From: a virus
Virus record (IMG/VR): IMGVR_UViG_3300045988_182687
Coordinates: 71,005-135,004 of that record
Length of the DNA stretch: 64,000 bases
Reading direction: 5' to 3' (one strand)
Below are positions 56,983 to 64,000 of this stretch, piece after piece. A program made the translations under genes and the position numbers. Position 1 is the first letter of the stretch, and the number at the start of each line of letters is the position of its first letter. The notes below the pieces were generated by a model. That model saw only the letters and a list, made by a program, of their open reading frames with translations. It was not told the origin of the DNA and ran no database searches.

Positions 56983-57018
56983 GAAAAAAGAGGCGGCTTT
57001 CGCCTGCCTCTTTTTTTA
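56983..57018. terminator. Intrinsic terminator downstream of the 57016-58188 gene (gaggcggc/gcctgcctc)
   Basis: A-run, stem, T7. Confidence 0.6.
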
Positions 57019-58188
57019 CCTTATTTCCTCGGAGTATTGTGCCATCCAGCAGTCGCAAAGGGCTTCCGCTACGACCTCACTTCTATCGTTATCGTCAGAA
57101 ATCATCAGGATTGAAGAAAGGGCTGACCGCATACCTTCATCGAGCGTAAACTCCCTCTCGTTTCCACTTTTATCTGGGACATTTGTTCGAGCAAGCAGCG
57201 TCGAATATTTCGTATAATCGGGGGAAATGAAATAGTCCACAGCCGTGTCGAGTCCAATACTCAGCATCATAAGATTGCCGGTCGTTCCCATTGGTTCTTT
57301 CTTTCCGGACTTCTTCTCCGGTCTCATAAGAGTTCCGTTCTTGTCAAAGAATATTGCCCTATCTGACTTTTCAAATGTGTCTACAGGAACGCTAAAGCAT
57401 CTGATTGCCATGTTCTTAAAAGGAGCACTGGCGTCTTCGCCGAACAGTGAGGAAGCATTACAGCAGTCATTTTCCATCTTCTCGTTAAGCCGCTTTATAT
57501 AAAGCTCCTGAAAATCAATGGGAGCACCTGCGCTGTCCGCGTATACGTAGTTTTCTGGCTTTTTGCCGTCTGCCGTTTCCCTTACCATGTACTGCTCGTA
57601 CTGCTTGCACATTTCTTTAATCTTAACTTGTATCCGCAAGGAATCGGAAAACGGAACTGCTGAGATTTGGGAGAAAAGGGAGGAGTAGTTGTGAGGGAGG
57701 TGGATGGGCGCACACTCATCTCCGAATAAGACTTTTTCGCAGGACTTGTCAAGGAAAAAGTATGAGGTTTTGTAAAGACCTTCAACAGACGCATAAAACC
57801 CTTCAGGCAGCCGTCGCGTCTGCTTGCCGTCTGCTGGAGGCGAAATGCGTAACTCAAACGGGCCCACAGAGGTAAGCGCACCGTCCTCAGGCTCCTTGAG
57901 GCGCGACATTTTAGTTGCGTCCATGCCGATTTCTGCGCCAATTTGCTTCACATTCCATTCTCCATAGACACGTGGCATTTTGGTAATGGCAAACAGCTCT
58001 TCGTACACTCTCGCGGAAACAAGCCTGCGTACCAAAGTGAGCTCATCGCTGAATTCGGCATATATTCCGAGCATTTCCTTGTAATTCAATTTTTCCGACT
58101 TCTCGGCGGAAGAGAACCGCGTATTGAGTTTTGTCGCCCATTTATTGCAGTCGATATATGCGTTGACTGCACTATCCTTTTTTCTCAT
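57016..58188 (-). CDS. Hypothetical protein (390 aa)
   Basis: AAGGAGG ribosome-binding site. Confidence 0.55.
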   Translation of the reverse strand: MRKKDSAVNAYIDCNKWATKLNTRFSSAEKSEKLNYKEMLGIYAEFSDELTLVRRLVSARVYEELFAITKMPRVYGEWNVKQIGAEIGMDATKMSRLKEPEDGALTSVGPFELRISPPADGKQTRRLPEGFYASVEGLYKTSYFFLDKSCEKVLFGDECAPIHLPHNYSSLFSQISAVPFSDSLRIQVKIKEMCKQYEQYMVRETADGKKPENYVYADSAGAPIDFQELYIKRLNEKMENDCCNASSLFGEDASAPFKNMAIRCFSVPVDTFEKSDRAIFFDKNGTLMRPEKKSGKKEPMGTTGNLMMLSIGLDTAVDYFISPDYTKYSTLLARTNVPDKSGNEREFTLDEGMRSALSSILMISDDNDRSEVVAEALCDCWMAQYSEEIR

Positions 58189-59153
58189 TTGTTTTCCTCC
58201 TTAAAGTGTTCAAGTCTTTCGGAAAACTTTTGCAGCGCTTTTCTAAACTCAATTTTGCAGGTGGTTGACATGAAATAATAGGCGGAAACAATATCTTCTG
58301 TCGTAGAGTTTTTCGCATAAAGTCGCATTGTGCTTGGCATCCCCATGAGCCAGTGTAAAGAGACGCCAAAGGCAGCCGCTATATGCGGCAGAATTCTTTC
58401 GTTGCTTGTGGAGCAGGAGGGTCTCACCAACATGATATTCGCCAACTCGTGAATGACATCCTTTTGTTTATCATCTAATTCAAAATTGCCTTTTCCGGAC
58501 TGAATCAATTCATCCAAATCGAGAATATCCTGTCGCTTAAATGAACATCTGTGGGAAAAAACGTACTGTACTCGCGCAGAAGGGCGCAGCAATAAGCTGC
58601 GTTTTTTATCATCCCAGAATTGATGTATCCACATCGTATCAATCATGCCGAGAGCTGACTCTCTTATGCATCCGTCTCTTATCGTTTCTGGAAAGCTATC
58701 TACAAGATTATAGACTTCTTGAACATCTGGCGGTAGGCTGCTGAAAGCTGGAAAGTTTTTATCTCCGAATCGAATCATTTCCTCGTAAGATATGTCCAAC
58801 TCGGCAAGAATCCGAAAAACGATTTGCCAGTTAAATCCCTGCCAGCCTATAAATCGCTGTGTTTCTCCGTTTGTAACGGGAGTTTTATCAAATAAAAGGG
58901 CTGGCAGCTTTTCTTCTGGACAATTAAGCTGTTCGGCTAACCGCAGCTTTTTCATTTCTGCCCTGTATGGCGTGGTGTCTGTGATAATGTTGTTTACTCT
59001 TGCCATGTTGCCTGCATCCTCCGCAATTCTTAATTTGCGGAGGAGCAGGACTATAGAGGTATAGACAGTTGTTGAGACGTTTTCTCCGTACCTTATATCG
59101 TCTCCAGCTCGTGCCGGCTTTGTAGGATTTGTTCTTTTATAAATAGCACTCAT
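58185..59153 (-). CDS. Hypothetical protein (322 aa) with a possible degenerate ImmA/IrrE-like segment
   Basis: 'VIHELANIM' is HEL-x-N rather than a canonical HExxH. Low confidence on function. Confidence 0.45.
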   Translation of the reverse strand: MSAIYKRTNPTKPARAGDDIRYGENVSTTVYTSIVLLLRKLRIAEDAGNMARVNNIITDTTPYRAEMKKLRLAEQLNCPEEKLPALLFDKTPVTNGETQRFIGWQGFNWQIVFRILAELDISYEEMIRFGDKNFPAFSSLPPDVQEVYNLVDSFPETIRDGCIRESALGMIDTMWIHQFWDDKKRSLLLRPSARVQYVFSHRCSFKRQDILDLDELIQSGKGNFELDDKQKDVIHELANIMLVRPSCSTSNERILPHIAAAFGVSLHWLMGMPSTMRLYAKNSTTEDIVSAYYFMSTTCKIEFRKALQKFSERLEHFKEENK

Positions 59154-61225
59154 TTTCTTGATGCCTCCTTTGCGGTATTGTCGGTCTCCTGACCTCCCGC
59201 GATTATGGAATCGACCATTTTGCAGGAACCTTTTCCTCTGTTCAAAAGTGTCTTTGCGTCCTCCTTTGCCTGTTCGTACTCAGCGGGGTATGCCATCATA
59301 AGGGTCATATATCGGTTCCATCCGGATTGTTCTGTGCCGAGGAAATCTCCGGCACCTCTAATGCGGAGGTCCGCCTCTGCAATTTCAAACCCGTTATTGG
59401 TCTGTACCATGGCGTTCAGTCTCTCCATCGCAGCCGGCGTGGGCGACGCGCCTGCTTCCAGCACACAATAGGACTGTACGCTGCTCCGCCCTACACGCCC
59501 TCTCAACTGGTGCAGACTGGAAAGCCCGAAACGGTCCGCGTTTACAATGACCATCATTGTCGCGGTAGGGACATTTACGCCAACCTCCACAACGGTTGTA
59601 CTGACAAGCACATCTACTTGACCATCCTTGAATCGCGAGAGAATGTCCTCCGTTTCTGTCTTTCCCATCTTGCCTGTTACTGTTTCGATGCGGACGCCAT
59701 ACGGCTCCAGAACAGAACGGTATTCTGCGCTGACCTCCTCGACAGACTGTACGCCTTCCAGTTTTTCGCTTCTATCAATAAGCGGACAGACAACATAGGT
59801 TTGATACCCCTTTTGTTTCTGCAGCAGAATGAAGCGAAAGATTTTTTCTTTACTTGTGGCAATACCGGTAATAACTGGAAGACGTCCGTCCGGCATCGTT
59901 TTAATGGTGTGGAGCTGCACGGTATCCCCATAAATTACCTGAGCCAGACTGCGGGGGATGGGGGTGGCAGACATAGTAATAGAATGAACACCGCCTGAAG
60001 CCTTTTCGATGAGCGCTGTACGCTGGTCAACGCCAAACTTGTGTTCCTCATCCGTTACGGTTAAGGCGAGATTTTTATACTCCACATCTTCTCCAATGAT
60101 GGACTGTGTTCCAACAATGAGTTGCGCCTTGCCTTCCTTGATGACGGCCAAGGCTTTTTTCTTTTCGCTCGTCTTCAAATCGCTGCCAAGCCAAACGACG
60201 CTTACGCCAAACGGTTCCGCCAGAGCGGAGAGGTCCTCGTAGTGCTGACGCGCCAACACCAGCGTGGGAGCCATCACCGCTGCCTGATACCCATTCTCGG
60301 CCATAGTCATCATAAGGCAGAATGCAACGATACTCTTTCCACAACCGACATCGCCCTGCACAAGCGCGTTGATGCGGTGCCCGTCTGCTGCAAATTGAGT
60401 CATGCTCTCAATCGCGTCCATCTGGTCTTTTGTGAGAGAATAGGGCAGGGTATTCTTAATCTTTTCAATCCAGCCGTTTGTCTTGACGGAGAATTGGCTA
60501 CCCTTAGAAATCTTTCGTGCGGCCCATTCGTTAGCCATAGCAAAATATACGAGGTCTTCCTGAAGGAGTCGGGTTTGACCGTCCTTAATATCCTGCTCGG
60601 TAACGGGGAAGTGCAGCTTCTTGAGTGAAGTCCAAAGGCTTGAAAGACCCTTTTTGTCGAGGTAATCATTGGGAAGCGTTTCAATAAGCCCGATAGTTCT
60701 GTCGGAAGCCTCCTGAATCTTTTCTCTCAGGTAGGCATCGCTCACGCCTCCGATTTGAGCGTACACAGGACGAATGCCCGGTGCCTGCCCATAGGCAGGC
60801 TCGAAAATCTCCGGTGCCGTCATGGTGTAGTTGTTGTATTTCTCGCTGTATCCGACCTTTCCGGCCACATAAACCTCCTGCCCTGTGCAAGTGGAAATCT
60901 TGCGGAAGAGGTAGTTTTGCCGGAACCATGTAATAACGAGTTTTTCTCCGCTTGGAAGCACAGTGCAGTGTGCGATAATCATAGGGACATGGGAGGAAGT
61001 CTGCACATAAGAACCCTTATAGCGCAGTTCTTGGCCGAAGGACTTTACTTCGTCTACACGCACAAGACAAGCCTGCTCCGCACCATCTATGAGATGCGTT
61101 GCAAGCTGCCGGTAGTCCTTATAGCTTTTTGGGATATAACGCAGAAGGTCTTCTGCTGAGTGGATACCTTTTTTCTCGAAACGCTTTTCTTTTTGTGCGT
61201 TTACTCCAATGACGGATAGCTTCAT
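59150..61225 (-). CDS. recG: ATP-dependent DNA helicase RecG
   Basis: GGAGGTGAG ribosome-binding site before ATG (MKLSVIG). Walker A 'GDVGCGKS', 'DEEHKFGV' (DEQHRFGV-type), helicase C motifs 'QLRGRVGR'. N-terminal wedge domain. Confidence 0.85.
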   Translation of the reverse strand: MKLSVIGVNAQKEKRFEKKGIHSAEDLLRYIPKSYKDYRQLATHLIDGAEQACLVRVDEVKSFGQELRYKGSYVQTSSHVPMIIAHCTVLPSGEKLVITWFRQNYLFRKISTCTGQEVYVAGKVGYSEKYNNYTMTAPEIFEPAYGQAPGIRPVYAQIGGVSDAYLREKIQEASDRTIGLIETLPNDYLDKKGLSSLWTSLKKLHFPVTEQDIKDGQTRLLQEDLVYFAMANEWAARKISKGSQFSVKTNGWIEKIKNTLPYSLTKDQMDAIESMTQFAADGHRINALVQGDVGCGKSIVAFCLMMTMAENGYQAAVMAPTLVLARQHYEDLSALAEPFGVSVVWLGSDLKTSEKKKALAVIKEGKAQLIVGTQSIIGEDVEYKNLALTVTDEEHKFGVDQRTALIEKASGGVHSITMSATPIPRSLAQVIYGDTVQLHTIKTMPDGRLPVITGIATSKEKIFRFILLQKQKGYQTYVVCPLIDRSEKLEGVQSVEEVSAEYRSVLEPYGVRIETVTGKMGKTETEDILSRFKDGQVDVLVSTTVVEVGVNVPTATMMVIVNADRFGLSSLHQLRGRVGRSSVQSYCVLEAGASPTPAAMERLNAMVQTNNGFEIAEADLRIRGAGDFLGTEQSGWNRYMTLMMAYPAEYEQAKEDAKTLLNRGKGSCKMVDSIIAGGQETDNTAKEASRK

Positions 61226-61539
61226 ATATATTCTCACCTCCGTTTGGTGGGAAAAATGTCAGGGTGTCGGGGTGCTTTTCGTGAACTACTCGGCAATAAA
61301 TCACCGAGGCTTCTTGCTTACTTCTTATAAAGAGGGCTTACACACCCTTATTATAAACACGAACATAAAATTTTGTCAAGCGTATTAGAGAGAAAATTTA
61401 CGGGATGTCAACCCCTGTTCTTTTGTATATTCGTTATTATTGCCAACTACTTTTCGTGAAATACAGCTTGCTTTAGTTTGTGCAGAACGCTTCATGGCGT
61501 ATAAACTCGCGGTATAGCTTTTTTTACTGATAATTAGAC

Positions 61540-61568
61540 TTGACATTTTTATATGTTCGTGTTAGTAT
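61540..61568 (+). promoter_or_regulatory. sigma-A promoter P4 with extended -10 (TTGACA-17-TGtTAGTAT)
   Basis: agaCTTGACATTTTTATATGTTCGTGtTAGTAT. Same family as P1, P2 and P3. Confidence 0.6.
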
Positions 61569-61574
61569 AACAGC

Positions 61575-61690
61575 GTGGACGGGGCAAGAAAGGCTCGTTC
61601 GAAGGGCTTGTACCTAAAATGACAATATTCTTGCGATTGTAAGAATAAGCGCCTAAGTTGCCCGTCCCGTTTTCTTCTTTCTTTATTTAC
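61575..61690 (+). ncRNA. Candidate small RNA / structured leader transcribed from P4, ending at a terminator-like hairpin
   Basis: Long-range stem gacggggcaag...cttgcccgtc (61578-61666) enclosing the inner hairpin attcttgcgattgtaagaat, followed by ccgTTTTCTTCTTTCTTTATTT. Confidence 0.35.
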
Positions 61691-61750
61691 ACTCATAAGC
61701 ACAATAAAGTCAGCTCCCTGAGGGAAGTGTGCGGGAGCTGCTTCGACTTT

Positions 61751-61804
61751 CGCGTTGTTCTCTATGCGGGGAGGTTCTGGCGGTTCGAGTCCGCACGACG
61801 CGCC
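61751..61804 (+). other. tRNA-like remnant (acceptor-stem + T-arm-like 'GGTTCGAGTCC' minihelix), too short for a full tRNA
   Basis: cgcgttg...ggcggTTCGAGTccgca cgacgcg c. Acceptor pairing is possible but only 21 nt separate the acceptor 5' strand from the T-arm. Confidence 0.3.
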
Positions 61805-61878
61805 TTCTGTTTTCGCTGCTTCTATCTTTGCCTCCGTCTTTTTTAACGAGCAGCGGACACAGAAACATCTCTCAATAT

Positions 61879-61957
61879 GATAGCGTAGCATAACTGGTAA
61901 TGCCGTACCTCTCTCACAGGTAACGATATGTTGGTTCAACTCCAGCCGCTATTGCCA
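61879..61957 (+). tRNA. Atypical tRNA-like gene (possible anticodon CUC) or tRNA pseudogene
   Basis: gatagcg acceptor pairs with cgctatt. D-arm gcat/aactggta/atgc. Anticodon arm tacct/cuCUCac/aggta. T-arm gttgg/ttcaact/ccagc. GCCA 3' end. Extra nucleotide between D and anticodon arms and a 7-nt variable loop. Confidence 0.4.
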
Positions 61958-62063
61958 GCCGGCGTTCTACCCACCCCGCCGACATCAACTCTCTTCGGCG
62001 CTGGCGGCCTCCGTGCAGACGGGATTACACGTGATAAGCGGAGGCTGCCAGCACCACCAAAAT

Positions 62064-62139
62064 GCTGGTGTAGCTCAGTAGGCAGAGCGGCGCACTCGTA
62101 ACGCGCAGGTCGTGGGTTCGACCCCCACCGTCAGCTCCA
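62064..62139 (+). tRNA. tRNA-Thr (anticodon CGU)
   Basis: gctggtg acceptor (2 G-U pairs). D-arm tagctcagtaggcagagc. Anticodon loop cuCGUaa. T-arm gtggg/ttcgacc/cccac. Encoded CCA. Confidence 0.75.
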
Positions 62140-62231
62140 TTCCATACTCATTCTCCTTCAAGTGAAGCCCCCGTGTAACAGGTCTTTTGAAAAGTGCTTT
62201 CAGCCTCGTTGTGCGGGGGCTTCACGACTAT

Positions 62232-62307
62232 GCTGATGTAGCTCAGTTGGCAGAGCGGCGGATTTGTAAACCGCAGGTCGGGGGTTCAAGGCCCTCCATC
62301 AGCTCCA
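62232..62307 (+). tRNA. tRNA-Thr (anticodon UGU)
   Basis: gctgatg/catcagc acceptor. D-arm tagctcagttggcagagc. Anticodon loop uuUGUaa. T-arm ggggg/ttcaagg/ccctc. Encoded CCA. Confidence 0.75.
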
Positions 62308-62342
62308 TTAAAACCATGTGCTTTTGTGGTGTTTTTATATGC

Positions 62343-62419
62343 GCGGATGTCGTCTAATTTGGTGAGACACCAGCCTTCCAAGCTGGTCATTGCGGGTTCG
62401 AGTCCCGTCGTCCGCTCCA
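62343..62419 (+). tRNA. tRNA-Gly (anticodon UCC)
   Basis: gcggatg/cgtccgc acceptor. Anticodon stem-loop ccagc-cuUCCaa-gctgg. T-arm gcggg/ttcgagt/cccgt. Encoded CCA. Confidence 0.8.
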
Positions 62420-62450
62420 AGGACACCGTAAAGTGTGTCCTTCTTCTTTA
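62419..62450 (+). terminator. Intrinsic terminator after the tRNA cluster
   Basis: ggacac/gtgtcc stem plus ttcttcttt. Confidence 0.6.
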
Positions 62451-62805
62451 TCTGCTTGTTTGTCCTGTGTTTTTCGGACAACATCGGCGAGCGCAAAAGT
62501 CGCCTGAAGCGTGAGAAGCGAGCTGCCTGTACCTGTTTTGCGGGCGGTGGCGTGATAAGGGTGAAACTCTGCGCTTTCAGTAGCCGAAAGCAGATGAGCA
62601 AAAGTCTCCGCGAACGCCTGCATGGTTCGCGGGACAAGGGAAGCCGGAAAAATAAGTAAACGCGGGCCGAGCGCAGAGGTTGTTGGCGTATTCCAGACGT
62701 GGGTGCTGCCTTTTATGCTGTGCTTGTTTGCGTGGGGTCCGGTGTTCTCGCAGTCTGGATGGTTGCTGCGAGAGGTGCCGACTATTTGCGAAAGGACGGA
62801 TTTCT

Positions 62806-63864
62806 ATGCCAACTACATTTCAAGCGTTTAAGTATCGCATTTACCCGACTGATGAGCAGGTCGAAATCATCGAGAAGACTTTCAAATGCTGCCGGTTTGT
62901 GTGGAACCATTTCCTTGAACAAACCTCCAAAATCTATGAGCGCCGACAGGAGAAGATGACGACCTTCGACTGTATGAAGGTTCTCACGGAGATGCGGGAG
63001 CGCTGGCCTTGGCTTGCGGACTGCGGCTGTACGGCAGAGAGATATGCCATCATTGATTTGTTTGAGGCGCGAAAAGCGTTCTTCCGCCGCATTAAAGCGG
63101 GGGAGAAGCCCGGTTATCCCAAATTTAAGGGCGCGTCCCATCCGACCCAGAGTTTTACGACCGCTGGTACTATCTATGTGACGGACGATTACATTCAAGT
63201 TCCGTTTGGAGGGCAGTATCAGAAAATCAACAAGCTCAGGCGAGGGACGGGGCGCCCCATCGAAGGGTCTCCCCGCGAGGTCACTATTTCTCGGTCTGCT
63301 ACCGGAAAATACTGGGCATCTGTCTGCTGTAAAGTAGAGCGAGACACGCTGCCTATTGTGGACGGCGAAGTGGGCATCAGTCTCGGCCTGAAGGAGTTGG
63401 CTATTGACAGCAACGGCGTTCACTATGAGAACCCGAAGCATCTGAGCAAGTCTGCAAAGCGGCTGGCCCGTGAGCAGCGGCGTCTATCCCGTAAGAAAAA
63501 AGGCTCTGCCAACTACGAGAAGCAGCGGCGCAAGGTAGCCGGCGTCCATGAGCATATTGCCAATCAGCGCAATGACTACCGGCATAAAATCAGCCGTGAA
63601 CTTGTCAACGCAAACCAGCTTATTGCCGTTGAGAAGGTGGCCGTTAAGCCCTTAGTTGAGGGCAATGAGCAGGCTAAAAGCATCCTCGATGCCGGCTGGT
63701 CTGAACTTACCGGTATGATAAAGTATAAGGCGGACTGGGCTGGACGCACGCTGGTGGATGTAGATACCGCCACCGTAGCACCGGAAGCAAAGCATGACGA
63801 GGCGCTGGCACAGGTCGTGCTGTCCGAAGGTCAGCGCATAGCCTCCGAGCAGAAGCCCGCCTAA
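62806..63864 (+). CDS. tnpB: Standalone TnpB-like protein (IS200/IS605 OrfB family), C-terminally truncated with RuvC-I Asp replaced by Ser; candidate nuclease-dead TnpB derivative (TldR-like)
   Basis: AAAGGA ribosome-binding site 9 nt before ATG (MPTTFQAFKYRIYPTDEQ, the hallmark TnpB N-terminus). 'VGISLGLKELAIDSNG' aligns to the RuvC-I motif (GIDLG) with S in place of the catalytic D. RuvC-II Glu is retained ('IAVEKV'). The ORF stops about 20 aa after the 'LDAGWSEL...YKADWAGRTLVDVD' block, so no zinc finger or RuvC-III. No tnpA nearby. Confidence 0.7.
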   Translation: MPTTFQAFKYRIYPTDEQVEIIEKTFKCCRFVWNHFLEQTSKIYERRQEKMTTFDCMKVLTEMRERWPWLADCGCTAERYAIIDLFEARKAFFRRIKAGEKPGYPKFKGASHPTQSFTTAGTIYVTDDYIQVPFGGQYQKINKLRRGTGRPIEGSPREVTISRSATGKYWASVCCKVERDTLPIVDGEVGISLGLKELAIDSNGVHYENPKHLSKSAKRLAREQRRLSRKKKGSANYEKQRRKVAGVHEHIANQRNDYRHKISRELVNANQLIAVEKVAVKPLVEGNEQAKSILDAGWSELTGMIKYKADWAGRTLVDVDTATVAPEAKHDEALAQVVLSEGQRIASEQKPA

Positions 63865-63886
63865 AGTGCCCTATACCAAGTAAATA

Positions 63887-64000
63887 AAGTGTGCAATGAT
63901 TGCACACATTGCCAAGGAAATAAAAAACGAGTACGGACGGTATAGCCGGAATTAACGCCTGTGGAGATGCATGGTCGTCGTGGAAGCAGGAATACTCTGT
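63887..64000 (+). mobile_element. IS200/IS605 right-end-like / candidate guide-RNA scaffold region downstream of the TnpB-like gene: palindromic hairpin gtgtgcaatgattgcacac plus the conserved 70-nt element (runs to the window end)
   Basis: Hairpin at 63889-63907. 63930-64000 is near-identical to 33311-33381. Hairpin plus the first half also occur at 33650-33745. Confidence 0.6.

Noticed and set aside
33210-57000. Calling a complete prophage integrated at tRNA-Ser
   Set aside because: No integrase, no direct repeat of the tRNA-Ser 3' end at any candidate far boundary, and no structural or lysis genes. Only the phage-like accessory content is reported.
61575-61804. tmRNA (ssrA)
   Set aside because: A T-loop-like GGTTCGAGTCC and acceptor pairing are present, but there is no tag-peptide reading frame ending in AA-stop and no 5' tRNA-like half of the right size.
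62680-62805. N-terminal extension of the TnpB-like ORF (MLAYSRRGCCLLCC...)
   Set aside because: Cys/Leu/Arg-rich, with no ribosome-binding site. The canonical TnpB N-terminus with a good ribosome-binding site begins at 62806.

Overview
The window reads as Firmicutes/Clostridia-type chromosome (about 55% GC, AGGAGG-type ribosome-binding sites, and sortase sorting signals of the Clostridioides difficile SrtB type, (S/P)PxTG). Coordinates derived from motif positions may be off by 1-2 nt.

Positions 1-18.4 kb hold two tandem, same-strand giant surface adhesins of the thioester/isopeptide/ester-domain class, separated by a lipoprotein gene. Each adhesin has an N-terminal thioester-type domain (YCIEP...TQEVIW), Cna B-type 'VTKTSEDG' repeats, and long arrays of ester-bond (HxDxxDxxQ) repeat domains. 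ORF1 is truncated at the 5' end by the window edge and has 18 such repeats; ORF2 has 5. The two genes share a 379-bp stretch that appears identical, which points to gene conversion.

Positions 18.4-33.3 kb carry small membrane and hypothetical genes, a type IA topoisomerase (TopB-like), a LexA (Cheo box)-regulated YdjM-like hydrolase, a minus-strand operon of lipoprotein and membrane proteins, a secreted nuclease with flotillin, and tRNA-Ser.

Downstream of tRNA-Ser (33.3-36.7 kb) lie repeat elements and an orphan three-gene cluster. From 36.8 to 57 kb everything is on the minus strand: an operon of AAA ATPase, vWA protein, Lar-like protein and HD-domain protein, followed by four small-gene operons with phage-like content (YopX-like, MazF/PemK-like, zinc-ribbon proteins, tandem paralog arrays). 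Each of the four operons is preceded by the same roughly 200-bp cassette: a consensus extended -10 promoter, a roughly 100-nt structured leader, an intrinsic terminator, then the gene ribosome-binding site. The terminator stems differ between copies but stay paired. No integrase, capsid or tail genes are recognisable.

Positions 57-64 kb hold two hypothetical genes, recG, a promoter with a structured small-RNA-like leader, tRNA-like remnants, tRNA-Thr(CGU), tRNA-Thr(UGU) and tRNA-Gly(UCC). A standalone TnpB-like gene follows, with the RuvC-I aspartate replaced by serine and no RuvC-III or zinc finger. Its 3' flank is a hairpin plus a roughly 70-nt conserved element, which also occurs as two orphan copies near tRNA-Ser.

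Many large ORFs listed on the opposite strand are antisense artifacts of the repetitive adhesin and low-complexity genes.
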